This document shows positions 1 through 10,200 of a stretch of DNA of 64,000 bases, piece by piece. The DNA comes from an uncultured delta proteobacterium. Its GTDB lineage: Bacteria > Myxococcota_A > Polyangia > Fen-1088. Positions within the stretch are counted from its first letter, which is position 1; the number at the start of each line of letters is the position of its first letter. The notes beneath the pieces were generated by a model. That model saw only the letters and a program-made list of their open reading frames with translations, was not told the origin of the DNA and did no database searches. Location: the NCBI GenBank assembly GCA_963796685.1, contig CAWCMR010000005.1:224001-288000 (forward strand), written 5' to 3'. The position numbers were made by a program, and so were the translations under genes.

Positions 1-400
1 GTAGCGCGCCCAGGAGCGCGATGGGGCGTCATTCTGCACGGGTAGTTCCAGCTCTTGGAGGGCAGCGGCCCGACGGTTGCGGGCGGCGCAGCCGCCATGC
101 AAGCGGCGGGACGCGGGCCGGGCGAGATGATGGCCCTGTTCACGCTGATCGTCGTGGCGGAGAGCGCAAGCGCGAGCGGCGGAGACGCCGCGGCCGGCGG
201 CGGAGACGCGGTGGTCTGAGAGCGCGCTGTCGCCTGAAATGCCAAGCCTGCCCCGCGCCAGCCGGGCCCCAGCACACGCGTGCAATGCACGCTGCAGGAC
301 GGCCCGGCCGCCGGACCGGGGCCCGTGGTCCGGCGCCGTTTCCCCCTAGGCGGAGCGGGCGGCGCCGTCCGCGGCGCTCAGAATCGCCCGCGTAGCCAGA

Positions 401-472
401 GCGCCCCTCCCCTTTGGGGATTCCTTAAAAAAAGGGGGTGCCAGGGGAGGGGTGTCCAGAGGGGAGGGGCGC
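401..472. repeat. 13-bp perfect inverted repeat (GCGCCCCTCCCCT / AGGGGAGGGGCGC) enclosing G-runs and a TTAAAAAAA tract
   Basis: 401-413 is the reverse complement of 460-472; several GGGG runs lie between 416 and 469; non-coding region downstream of the recombinase operon. Confidence 0.7.
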
Positions 473-806
473 GGCGGGGGAAACGGCGGCCAAAGCGTGC
501 TTGCACGCGTGTGCGTAAGGGGCCCGGCGTCGATCAAGCTGCGATGTCAGCACCAGGCGCGCGCCGCCACTTTGTGCACGATCGTTGCGCTGGCGAGCGA
601 GAGTTGTCGTCGCCGCTTTCCCGGATGCAGCGACCATGCCGAGGCGTCCGATGCGAGCACAAGTTGACCGCCGCTGTGTCCCCGATGGCACTTGCGAGCG
701 AGGCGCCGCGGCATGGGAGCGTCTACCGTGTGGCGCCGCTTTTCCCGATGGAGTCGCGCGCGCGTGCGCCCGGCAGGGGGCACGCGCGCGCGACGGGGCT
801 CGGGCG

Positions 807-983
807 CAGATCGCGGCGCTGAGCGCCTGCACGATGGAGCGGACTGGGCCTTGCCAGCGCGAGCGCGGCGCTGGCCGGCGCTCACGTGCGCGCACCCGCG
901 CGCGAGCGCGTGCAAGGACCAGGACGCGGTGACCGGGGCACAGATCGCGGCGCTGCGAGCCACGCACCTGCACGATGGAGCGG
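807..983 (+). repeat. Bipartite direct repeat CAGATCGCGGCGCTG...CCTGCACGATGGAGCGG (2 copies)
   Basis: Copies at 807-842 and 941-983 have identical 15-bp and 17-bp blocks separated by spacers of different length. Confidence 0.7.
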
Positions 984-1092
984 GCGCCCGTGCGGTCGCA
1001 GCTTGAGAAAATGCTGTGGCCCAGCTGAAGGTGGAGCGACGGCACGGGCGCCCGCGGGGCCGCAGCCACGGAGCGCGGCTCACAGCCGCTGC

Positions 1093-1443
1093 TCACGCGT
1101 GGCCGGTGTTCCGCTGCCCGATCACTTTCTCAGCGTCGGTGATCCACGCCTCGATGGCCTCAGCACCCCGCCCCGCCGCGATCATCAATTTGCCCAGCAT
1201 GGTCAGGCTCGTGCTGTCCAAGTTGTAAAAGACCTCGCCCACCGTCACGTGGCTGCAAGCGCTCCACAGCGACCACGCTACCAGCAGCAGCAAGCGCTCG
1301 CCGCTCGACAATGGCCCGCCGCCGTGTTCTGCCAGATCCCTGGCCAGCACCGTCGGTCCCGCGTCGGTCCACAGCTCGGTCAGCCGAGCTCGAGCACAGA
1401 ATGCCCGGCACACCCGCGAAAGTTGCGACTCTGAGCTAAACAC
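1093..1443 (-). CDS. Small hypothetical protein coupled to the recombinase gene
   Basis: 116 aa with normal helical-protein composition; GTG start overlaps the 3' end of the recombinase ORF. Confidence 0.6.
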   Translation of the reverse strand: MFSSESQLSRVCRAFCARARLTELWTDAGPTVLARDLAEHGGGPLSSGERLLLLVAWSLWSACSHVTVGEVFYNLDSTSLTMLGKLMIAAGRGAEAIEAWITDAEKVIGQRNTGHA

Positions 1444-2494
1444 GATCGTCCTCCTCCTCGCCGGCTTCGGCGGCTAAAGTAGAAAGCAATTCCTCGGCAG
1501 CCTGTTCGCTGACCACCGGCTTCTCGACACTCTCCCGTCGACCAAGATGTGCTCCGGGGTGGGTCAGCTCGTGCACTTCCTTAAGCTTCTTGATCGACAC
1601 CAGCGTGTAGATGCTCGTCGTCTCGAGGCTCGCGTGCCCAAGCATCGCCTGGATGAAGCGGATGTCCGCCCCGCTCTCCAGCATCAAGGTGGCCATCGTG
1701 TGCCTGAAAAGATGGCAGCTCCCTACCTTGCCGATCTTCGCCTGCTCGATGTAGCCACGCACGATGTCCGTCAGGGTGTGCGGCATGAAGCCGTTCCCGA
1801 GGTGCGAGATAAACAGCACGCCGTCGTCGGGCTCCACCACGTCCTTCGGCCTCACCTCGACGAGGTACTTTTCGATCCACGACAGCGCACGCTCGCCGAT
1901 GGGCACCACGCGGTCTTTGCGCCCCTTGCCCAATCTCACCATCAGCGTGCCGGCCTCTGGCTGCACGTCGTAGATCCCAAGCCTGACCAGCTCGCTCCGC
2001 CGGATCCCTGTCGAATACAGCGTCTCCAGCATCGCCCGGTCTCGGATCCCACTCGGCTTCGTCACGTCCGGCAAGCTCAGGACGTGTTCCACCTCGGCGA
2101 TGGTCAGCACATCCCGCGGTAGCCGCCGGTCCAGTCGCGGCAGATCGATCTCCGACGCTGGATTGAAAAGGATCATGTTCGACTTCGCCATCCACTTGAA
2201 GAAGGCCAGCACCGCAGCCAGCCGCTTGTGCTGCGAGGCGATGGTCAGCGGCTTGCCGAGCTTCGTCCGGTAGTAGAAGAGCCACCGCTGGTAGCGCTCC
2301 AAGATCGGCCGCGTGATCTCCGTCGGGTTGCGCAGGCTGCGCTCTTCACACCAATTGAAGAAGGCCCGCAGGTTGCCCTCGTTCCATTCGATGGTTCCCG
2401 GCGAAAAATGCTTCGCCCGCCGCATGTCCAGAAACTCGGCCGCCCTCACCCCGAGCGTCCCGTAGCTTGCAAGCTCGCGCAGTGTCCTGGCCAT
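1436..2494 (-). CDS. Tyrosine recombinase (XerC/XerD-like integrase)
   Basis: Complete catalytic set: TGIRRSEL (R), GKGRK (K), HLFRH (HxxR), LGHAS (H), TTSIYT (Y); N-terminal SAM-like domain; start overlaps the primase stop. Confidence 0.93.
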   Translation of the reverse strand: MARTLRELASYGTLGVRAAEFLDMRRAKHFSPGTIEWNEGNLRAFFNWCEERSLRNPTEITRPILERYQRWLFYYRTKLGKPLTIASQHKRLAAVLAFFKWMAKSNMILFNPASEIDLPRLDRRLPRDVLTIAEVEHVLSLPDVTKPSGIRDRAMLETLYSTGIRRSELVRLGIYDVQPEAGTLMVRLGKGRKDRVVPIGERALSWIEKYLVEVRPKDVVEPDDGVLFISHLGNGFMPHTLTDIVRGYIEQAKIGKVGSCHLFRHTMATLMLESGADIRFIQAMLGHASLETTSIYTLVSIKKLKEVHELTHPGAHLGRRESVEKPVVSEQAAEELLSTLAAEAGEEEDDRV

Positions 2495-5400
2495 CAGTTC
2501 ACCTTGGCCACGGCTGCGAGTACGACGGGCACATCAGGGTACGATGCGATTTTGGGCTCTACCCCCCTATGTGCTGTTTTCGGCTCAAAATGCCCGTTTC
2601 CACCATTTTCCTCGGGTTTTCCAGGCAAAACCGCCATGCTCGACCCACCCTCAATGGGGGCTCGTTGGGGGCTCAATGGGGGCTCGAACTTGCCTTTTTG
2701 AAGCTCGAACTCGCCTTTACCATGCTCGTTCTTTTCGTCGTACCCGCAGCCGCCAGCCGGTTGCACCTCGAAGAGCCCCTGCAGAAACGGCGTACCGTCC
2801 TTGCCCTCACCGTCGTAGAGCAGCTCGTAGACGAAGCTCTGGCCACGCGTTCCCCGATGCACCAGCACGTATTCCAGATCGACCAGCTTGTCCAGGTGGG
2901 TCCGTACCTGAAAGTCCGTCCACCCCACCGCATCCCGCACTTCCTTGCGCGTGAAGCGGTAATCCTTCCGCTCCATCGCCAGCCCTTTGCAGCCTGCTGC
3001 CACCGTCTGGTCGAGCAGCATGAGCAGCCGCCGCGTCTGCGGCGACAGTTCATCGAGCGATCGCCCCAGCACCTGGTGTGCAAGTCGATTCGCCACCGCG
3101 ATGTCGGCCAGCGTGACCTCGATGTATTCGACCACCTTGCCGTGGTGCTGAGCCGTCTTCACCGGCCGTTGCTGCTGGTGCAGAAAAGCGATCGTCTCGA
3201 TCAAGGTCAGATACTTCATGTGGTCCCGTCGCGTGCGCGTGCGGTGGTCCGGGAAGCGCAGCTCGCGCGCGTGAGGGTTGACCACCATCAGCGGGCGAAG
3301 CAGACGGTGTGCATTTCGATGCACCTTCAAGATCTCTTCTTTTTCTCGGCGGACAAGCTGCCCTTCGAGGCTACGCGCCGACCGCTGCAATTCGTGGATC
3401 GCCCGCGTTTGTGCGCGGTCCTCGTCGACGGTCAGCACCAGGCAGCGATTGAGCAATTCCTCGTCGATCTCGATCGCCGTCGTGGTCAGGAAGATCATCA
3501 CCGGTCCTTCCACCCGGTACTCGTGCGTGACCAGCTTCCCGCTCTCTGGATCTTTGCCGGTGGATGCGATGGTCAGCTCGCCTTCGCTCTGCAGGACCTT
3601 GAGCGCATACGAGGCTCGCGAGGCGCCCTCTTCCTCGACGATGGCGAGGATCTTGTGCTTGAGGTTCGTCTCGCCCATGTAGAAGAGCGACTGCCCCGTC
3701 ATCGCCGCGTACTTCACCCGCTCTTCCTCGGGCATGAAGGCCAAGACAGCTTCCATCAGCGACGATTTCCCCGCGGCCGACGAAGACTGAATCACCACCG
3801 CCAAGGGATCTTCCAGCTTGCGCGACACCGCCGCGAGATAGCCGACGAGCTTGTTCGTCTCCTCGCCCACGACGCCGCAGCGACGGAAATCCTCGAGGAT
3901 CCGATCGAGCAGTCGAGGATCCTTGAGCAGTTGCAATGCTGCCGCCGTCTCCTCGTCGGTGAGCCGCACCGTCGTGTCCTTCGGCGCCAGCGCCGCGCGG
4001 ATCTGCTGGTCTTGCAGTTGTTCCAGCTTCAGCAGCACCTTGCCGAGATCAGCCTTCAGCACGTCTTCGTTCACGCCGAGCTCGGTCGTGGCTTGCTTGA
4101 GGAAGATCGCCCGTTGCCGGGCGCCGTAGATGTCCAGGGTGTCGACGTGGAAATGGTCGCCACGACCGGCGAGCAGGTTTACCTTCAGCGAGTCGAAGGC
4201 CGTGTTCTTCGCAAGACCTCGCACGCGATACCGACGATCGGCGAAGCAAAAGATCACGTCCTCACCTTGGTGCTCGCACGGCACGCCTGCCACCGGCACA
4301 GCCTCGGGCGCCGTCGTCTCCAAGATCGTCACCGGTGGCGGCTCCGTCGTGGCTTCCGCGGTGGGCGAAGCCTCCGCGTTGGCAGCTAAAGGAGGATGGT
4401 CAGCCGCCGCTGTTGGCTCCGTCGGCGTTTCGGCTGTCACCGCGGCCGCGGTCTGGATCGCGGGCGTCTCCGCAATCGGGCGCGCGCCCTTGCCCATGAA
4501 GACCGCGCTCTTCAACGCCAGCTCTAACGACTTCGCCGCTGGCGACACCTTGCACGCGTACTCGTTCGCATCCATGCCGCGAGGAAATTGCACCCGGTAG
4601 CACGAGATGCCCGCGGCCATCAGTTGCTCGGCCACCTTCTCGGCTCCACGTTCGCCAGCATCATCGCGATCGAAAGCGATCAAGACCTGCGTGGTCCCGT
4701 AGCGCTTGAAGGCTGCCAGGTGCTCGGTGATATGACTTTCGATGCCGTACACCGAAGTCACATTGCGGAAACCGTGGCACCAGAAGGTCAAGGCATCGAT
4801 CAGCGCCTCGCACAGGATGACGGACTTCGACAGCGGCAGGGCCTCCCAGTTGAAGATCCCGCGATGCGGTCCGGGCAGATACATATGGAGGGGCGTTCCT
4901 TCCCGCAGCCCTGGCGTGATCTTCCGCCCGTACATCCCCACCACGTTGCCTTCCTCGTCGAAGATCGGAATCACCACCGAGCCGTTCATGTGCTCGTGTC
5001 CGCTCTCGCGCAATACCCCCAGCTTCTGCAGCCGCCCCCGGATCTCGCCTCCAGCCTTCCACTGCTTCATCGGTAGCCGCAGCCCCAGCGTTCGGTTCGC
5101 GAAGCCCAGCTTGAAGCGGTCGACCATCTCCGACGACTGCAGCCCCCGACCTTCCAGGTACTTCAGCGCCTCCGGGCTCTGCTTCAGCGTCTCGTGGTAG
5201 TAGCCCACCACTTGCGCCAAGATCTCCCGGTCGTCCGCATCCGCCTGTACCGGCGCCGCTAGCTTGCGCACCACCGATGTCTTCACCACGTTCGTCGATG
5301 GCGACGTCAAAGGCAGGTCGGCCCGCAGCAGCTCCACCGCGTGCCGAAACGAAACGCCTTCTGCCTTCATCACCCAGTCGATCACCGATCCACCTGCCTG

Positions 5401-5595
5401 GCAGGCACCGAGACAATGCCAAAGGTTCTTCCGTGAGCTGATCACCAGAGACGGCTTCTTGTCGTCGTGAAAAGGACACAGCCCGATCAAGTCCGCCCCG
5501 TGCCGCTTCAGCTCCACGCCCCGCGCCTCTGCCAGCCGCTGCACCGACACATGGGCCTTGAGCTTCTCGATCTCGGACTCGGGGATTCGGGCCAC
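2494..5595 (-). CDS. CHC2 zinc-finger/Toprim primase fused to a C-terminal P-loop ATPase
   Basis: CPFHDD...WHCLGAC zinc finger, CEALIDAL and AFDRDDAG Toprim motifs, SSSAAGKSS Walker A, AIVEEEG Walker B; GAAGGGAGG RBS before the GTG. Confidence 0.92.
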   Translation of the reverse strand: MARIPESEIEKLKAHVSVQRLAEARGVELKRHGADLIGLCPFHDDKKPSLVISSRKNLWHCLGACQAGGSVIDWVMKAEGVSFRHAVELLRADLPLTSPSTNVVKTSVVRKLAAPVQADADDREILAQVVGYYHETLKQSPEALKYLEGRGLQSSEMVDRFKLGFANRTLGLRLPMKQWKAGGEIRGRLQKLGVLRESGHEHMNGSVVIPIFDEEGNVVGMYGRKITPGLREGTPLHMYLPGPHRGIFNWEALPLSKSVILCEALIDALTFWCHGFRNVTSVYGIESHITEHLAAFKRYGTTQVLIAFDRDDAGERGAEKVAEQLMAAGISCYRVQFPRGMDANEYACKVSPAAKSLELALKSAVFMGKGARPIAETPAIQTAAAVTAETPTEPTAAADHPPLAANAEASPTAEATTEPPPVTILETTAPEAVPVAGVPCEHQGEDVIFCFADRRYRVRGLAKNTAFDSLKVNLLAGRGDHFHVDTLDIYGARQRAIFLKQATTELGVNEDVLKADLGKVLLKLEQLQDQQIRAALAPKDTTVRLTDEETAAALQLLKDPRLLDRILEDFRRCGVVGEETNKLVGYLAAVSRKLEDPLAVVIQSSSAAGKSSLMEAVLAFMPEEERVKYAAMTGQSLFYMGETNLKHKILAIVEEEGASRASYALKVLQSEGELTIASTGKDPESGKLVTHEYRVEGPVMIFLTTTAIEIDEELLNRCLVLTVDEDRAQTRAIHELQRSARSLEGQLVRREKEEILKVHRNAHRLLRPLMVVNPHARELRFPDHRTRTRRDHMKYLTLIETIAFLHQQQRPVKTAQHHGKVVEYIEVTLADIAVANRLAHQVLGRSLDELSPQTRRLLMLLDQTVAAGCKGLAMERKDYRFTRKEVRDAVGWTDFQVRTHLDKLVDLEYVLVHRGTRGQSFVYELLYDGEGKDGTPFLQGLFEVQPAGGCGYDEKNEHGKGEFELQKGKFEPPLSPQRAPIEGGSSMAVLPGKPEENGGNGHFEPKTAHRGVEPKIASYPDVPVVLAAVAKVN

Positions 5596-5641
5596 GGCGC
5601 GCCTCCCTTCAAAATCCTGTCAAGTGGAAGATACTTGTTTT

Positions 5642-5681
5642 TACCAGTGCCATCGACTCGCCTGGATGGTACTAGTATAAT
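5642..5681. promoter_or_regulatory. Imperfect inverted repeat overlapping a TATAAT box in the divergent primase/XRE region (candidate operator)
   Basis: TACCAGTGCCATC (5642-5654) vs GATGGTACTAGTA (5665-5677), 11/13 complementary; TATAAT at 5676-5681; locally AT-rich. Confidence 0.5.
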
Positions 5682-5748
5682 GGTATTTATGCAAGCGCTA
5701 ATTTCACCATCTGGGCCTGGTCCCGAAATTCGGCCTTACGATCTGCGC

Positions 5749-6114
5749 ATGCCACAGAGAGCCCCGAAAACCCGACCAGCCGAGGGCGCACGCCTGGCCG
5801 ACCTACGTCGCGCCGCCGGCCTCACCCAAGTCGAGTTCGCCAAGCTCGTCGGCGAGACCCAGCAAAACATCACCTTCTGGGAGCACAGCGATAAGCCACC
5901 GCGCTCCGACGTCCTGCCCAAGATGGCCAAGGTCCTCGGCTGCTCCGTCGAGCAGTTCCTCGGCATCTCACCGCTCGCAGATCGCCGCCCTGGCCCCGTT
6001 GGGAAGACCCAACGGGCGTTCGAGGAGGTCGCACGTCTCCCGCGCTCTCAGCAGGACAAGATCGTCGAGATCGTAGAGGCCCTCGTCGACCAGTATCGGC
6101 GCAAGGCTAGTTGA
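5749..6114 (+). CDS. XRE-family HTH transcriptional regulator
   Basis: LADLRRAAGLTQVEFAKLVGETQQNITFWE HTH_3 signature; divergent from the primase; ATG 5749 chosen over the longer ORF start. Confidence 0.88.
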   Translation: MPQRAPKTRPAEGARLADLRRAAGLTQVEFAKLVGETQQNITFWEHSDKPPRSDVLPKMAKVLGCSVEQFLGISPLADRRPGPVGKTQRAFEEVARLPRSQQDKIVEIVEALVDQYRRKAS

Positions 6115-6154
6115 GCCTCGACCAGAGTTTTGTAGGATTCAAGAGTATCGACGA

Positions 6155-6979
6155 ATGGGTCTCTTCAGCAGATTTCTTGCTCAGCGTCCTCCAGAAGCGT
6201 CGGAGTTGAAGACGTACATGGAGGCTCTTGCTCGGGGTGGCGGACCAGATGTACGTGCCCGCTTTTTTCGCTCTCTCTTGTGCAGTCGATTGCTCGTCCC
6301 ATCGCCAGGACTGAAGCCTGGCTTGGATCCTCGAGCATGTACGGGCAGAGAAACAGATGTAGCAACCAACGCAGATTTTGTGGAGTCCAGTGCCCCGGAT
6401 GGAAGTCGCGGGATGGTTGTATTTACCGATGAACAAGCGCTTTTGGTGTGGCGCCCTACTGGCTGCCCCTTTACCACATTGCCCGCAAGCGACGTCTTCG
6501 GAATGGCTCTCGCCGCTCAACTTGCATCGTTGGTTTTCAATCCGGCCAACCCAATCGCTGGATACGTTTCTCGCTATGAGTTACTCGCTCTCGCTGAAGG
6601 CAGAGTTCCGCCACCACTCGGGAAGAATGAAGCGATGCAAGCATCTGGCCTTCAGCTTCGGCGTCTCGACCACGAAATTCCGACAGCCCTCAAGGAACTC
6701 ATATCGGCGGTTGGGCCAACCCTCATTGAGGTTCGCGCGGTCTGGCTTTTGGCACTCACGATCGAGCGAGGGGAGTCCCATCTCTGCGTTGTGATCGATC
6801 ATCGCCCTGGAGCCAATCCCGACACCTTTGTTCCACCTCTCATGACGCAGATTCAGACTCTGTTGAGGCCCGGAGAATACGTCGACTGCATCCCCATGCC
6901 TTCGGGCTCAGAGCTTCTGCAACAGGCATGGGACGCTTCCGTCCCAATCTTTGCCGCAAAGAAATCCAGAGAGAGCTAG
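6155..6979 (+). CDS. SseB-family protein (SseB N- and C-terminal domains)
   Basis: LLVP...VFTDEQAL..W...LVFNP pattern followed by VRAVWL...HLCVVID C-terminal domain. Confidence 0.75.
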   Translation: MGLFSRFLAQRPPEASELKTYMEALARGGGPDVRARFFRSLLCSRLLVPSPGLKPGLDPRACTGRETDVATNADFVESSAPDGSRGMVVFTDEQALLVWRPTGCPFTTLPASDVFGMALAAQLASLVFNPANPIAGYVSRYELLALAEGRVPPPLGKNEAMQASGLQLRRLDHEIPTALKELISAVGPTLIEVRAVWLLALTIERGESHLCVVIDHRPGANPDTFVPPLMTQIQTLLRPGEYVDCIPMPSGSELLQQAWDASVPIFAAKKSRES

Positions 6980-7002
6980 AGCCCTGCGCTAGTTGTACTG
7001 TC

Positions 7003-7287
7003 TCACTTGTGATTCATCGCCCGCCGAATTGCCGATCCTGCCGTGAGGACAAGTCCGGGCAACGACCCGAAATCCAAAAGCAACGGTAAGTACCAAATCC
7101 CATTCACCATCCCAAGCGGCGTTACGAAGCACGCTGCAACACCGAAGAGGCCTCCGAAGAGGGGTATCCAGGATCTATGGTGGTTTCGATGTCGAAGGTT
7201 ATCGATCACAAACCAAGCATTTCCACCTGCAATGGCCGCGAACGCGGCCAGCAGAATCGCGGCTGTGACCCAACGAATAACCAGCAA
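7003..7287 (-). CDS. Small multi-TM membrane protein, probable immunity protein of the upstream Rhs toxin
   Basis: 94 aa with about three hydrophobic segments; starts 8 bp after the Rhs stop on the same strand; low GC like the Rhs tip. Confidence 0.65.
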   Translation of the reverse strand: MLVIRWVTAAILLAAFAAIAGGNAWFVIDNLRHRNHHRSWIPLFGGLFGVAACFVTPLGMVNGIWYLPLLLDFGSLPGLVLTAGSAIRRAMNHK

Positions 7288-7295
7288 ACCAATCC

Positions 7296-10200
7296 TTATG
7301 GGAAGTACATTCTTTGCCCAAGCATAGCTTTGAACCAGTCGGTAAGAACAAACTCCTGCGGCATTTGGAGGGATGACAATGGAACTGTGTAGCTTTGACC
7401 ACTACTGAATGGGGCAAACATGTTTCCCATTCCCGGTTGCCACTTGCCAGACAAAACATAGTTGACAGCTGTCTTGCCGCCCGTCATGACCCAATCGCCT
7501 GCCTTCAGCCCCTCACTTCCCCAGCGCGAGACAAGGACAAGACGATCAGAGTTTGCCGCAACAACGGCTCCAGTACTACCACCGACGAGTCCCACTTCAG
7601 GTGCAGTTAGACCCAACCCCTCCAATAGACCCGGCGCCGCTGCAACACCAGCAATTCCCACGAGGTCAACGGCAGCTCCCACTGCCGCCCCACGAAGTAA
7701 ACCACTCTGGTACTCCGGCGTCCGTTGCATGGCGTAGTCCGGAAAACAATTGTCCATCGCACACGCGATATCTGGTCTCCTGAGCTTTCCAAGGGACATG
7801 CCCGCTTCATCATCAGGGGCAAGAACCTCGGACAAGTCTCCTCCTCCTCCCCCGCCCCCCTGCTGTGTTGCCTGGTCAACAGGGTTTGTGTGGCTGAAAG
7901 CCATAGACAGGGCGGCGGCGACCATGCCGTTGGCGGCACCTATGACTACGTTGTCGCCGAGGCTGCCGCCGGTGATGGGCGTCATAACCGCTGCCGCGAG
8001 GCCGCCAGCAATAGTGCCTCCCAATAGCTGACCGATGGGGTTACCGCCACCGATCTCCGCGCCGAAGTTCCCGAATGCGTACCCTGTGCCGAAGGCAAAG
8101 GCGCTTGCAGCGATGGTCGAGTCCCATGGGGCACCGGATTCGATCGCCGCGGAGGTGGTAACGGCCGCTAGCGCCATCGCGGCGTAAGTGCACCCGGCCC
8201 CCGAGGTGCCGATGCACACGGTGAGGACGATGAGGGGGCCGAATATCTGCCCGACCCCGGCCAACCCTTCCAACTGGTCTGACCAGAAATTGAACCCCGT
8301 CGGATCCGTGTACCGCAGAGGGTTATCCGCGGCGTAGCTGTAGCGGTTGTAGCTCTGCAGATCTGACGCGAACTGGACGTTAGGGTCGGGCGAAAGAAAA
8401 CGACCGACCGTTGGGTCGTAGATACGCCCGTTCATGTTCACGAGCCCCAGGCTAGGGATCGTTTCCTGGTCGGTAAAACCCCGATTCCCCGCTGGCGAGG
8501 CGAAGGTCGGCGGGTCGGCAACCTGGCCACTTGGGCTGCGGATCGCGCCCCAAGGGTCGTAACCGATCATACTGGCGCCGGGGCCGTCGGCAGGGGCGCT
8601 CGTGACGTGGCCATGTTCGTCGCTCGCCGCCGTCACGGAGCCGATGTGGTCGAAGTGGTGGTACTCGGTCTTGGGTGTTGTCGGGGTCGAAGAATCCTCG
8701 GTTACCACCTGGATGGCAAACGCGCTCCCACCGTGCGCCGCGCCCGCATAGATGAAGTGCGAGTGCTCGACGGTTGCGCCACGCGTCTTGCGCTCGTATA
8801 TGCTCTTGCCCGTAGCCCCAAGGCCCACGTACACCGTGCGCGACAGCGTGCTGTTGCCCGAGCTCCCGAGCGCCCCGTCCCCCGTGCCTACCGCCTGCAC
8901 CACCCGCAACCCATCCGCGCCGTAAATGAAGTCCGCTGTCTTTGTCTCGCTCCCTGTTCCACTGGTTAGCCGCGTCGCTTTGTTGGCCGCGTTCCACTCC
9001 ACCGTGCGGTCACCCACACTTAGCAGGTTTCCGTTCGCGTCGTAATTGTAGGTAGGGCCGTCGTCTATCTGGCAAACTGCGTGGGGGCCCGCATCGCGCG
9101 CTCCCGCCAGGCATCCCGTCCCGTACTTGTAACTCCTGCCTGCCTTGGTTTGCAGGTTCCCGAGTTCATCGTACGTGTAGCTTTCCGGGTCGTAGCCTTG
9201 CGCTGGGACCTGCACCGTAGCACTGAGCAAACGGTCAAGCGAGTCATAGCCGAAGGTCTCGCTCGCGGCTAAGCCGTTTGCGCCGTCCGTGCGCTGGCGC
9301 GCACGCAGGTTTCCCGCCTCGTCAAAGGCATACCCCCACTTCTGGATCACGTTGTCGCCGTCCGCATGTGCCGTGCTCGTCCTGCCGAGCAGCCACCCGG
9401 TCGCGTCGTTGCGCACTGACGCAGTCTCCACCCCGTTCCCTAACACCTCGTCAGTCACCTGTCCCGCCGCGTTCATCGCCGTCGCCTCCCACATCACCGC
9501 ACCGGTGGCGTCGTTCGCAACGTAATGCAGGTATCCGGCCTTTGTGTACACGTACTTCACTGCGAATCGATTGCCCTTGGCCTCAGGATAGCGCAAAAGA
9601 ATCGGACGGCCGAAACGATCATAGCCGTACGTCGAGCGAAACGTGCTGCCATCCGCGCAATCGGTTACCTCGTCCACGTCGCCAAACCCCGTGTAGCGGT
9701 ATGAACGTCCGGCCTGTTTCTCGCCAGCCCCTGGCGCCGGCGCAAACTCTAGCTGGCACGCACCCGCGAGTCGCGAGTCGCTCGGGCTCACCATTGCCGC
9801 GAGCTTTCCGATGCCATGCGGGGCGGCGTCGTAGATCCACCGCGCGGTTCCGCTGTCGTCGTCGCGCTGGACCACCCGCCCCAACGCGTCGTACGTCATG
9901 TAGCTTGGCCTGACTTTGCCGTCGGTCTGAACCACCAGATCGCTGAAGCTGTTGTACTGATAGCCCCAGTCACCAAGGTCCGGATCGTGGGTCGCCTGCT
10001 TGCGGCCACGAGCGTCGTATGTAATATGCACGGCATTGCTCGTGTCCGCGTCCGAGGCGCACACGTCGGTCGGCGACGCAGTGTAAGCCAGGTTGCCGTC
10101 GGCATCATACGCAAACGAAATGGTGACCCCGTTCGCATCGGTAACCGAGGAGATCTTCCCGAGAGCATTCTTGGTTTCGGAGCGCGTCCGCGACTCGCCG

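Noticed and set aside
467-478. GGGCGCGGCGGG matching the tRNA-Arg 3' end as a possible att site
   Set aside because: Only 12 bp, all G/C; expected by chance at this GC content.
21-1096. Many overlapping Arg/Ala/Pro-rich ORFs
   Set aside because: Typical high-GC shadow ORFs with no motifs or RBS.
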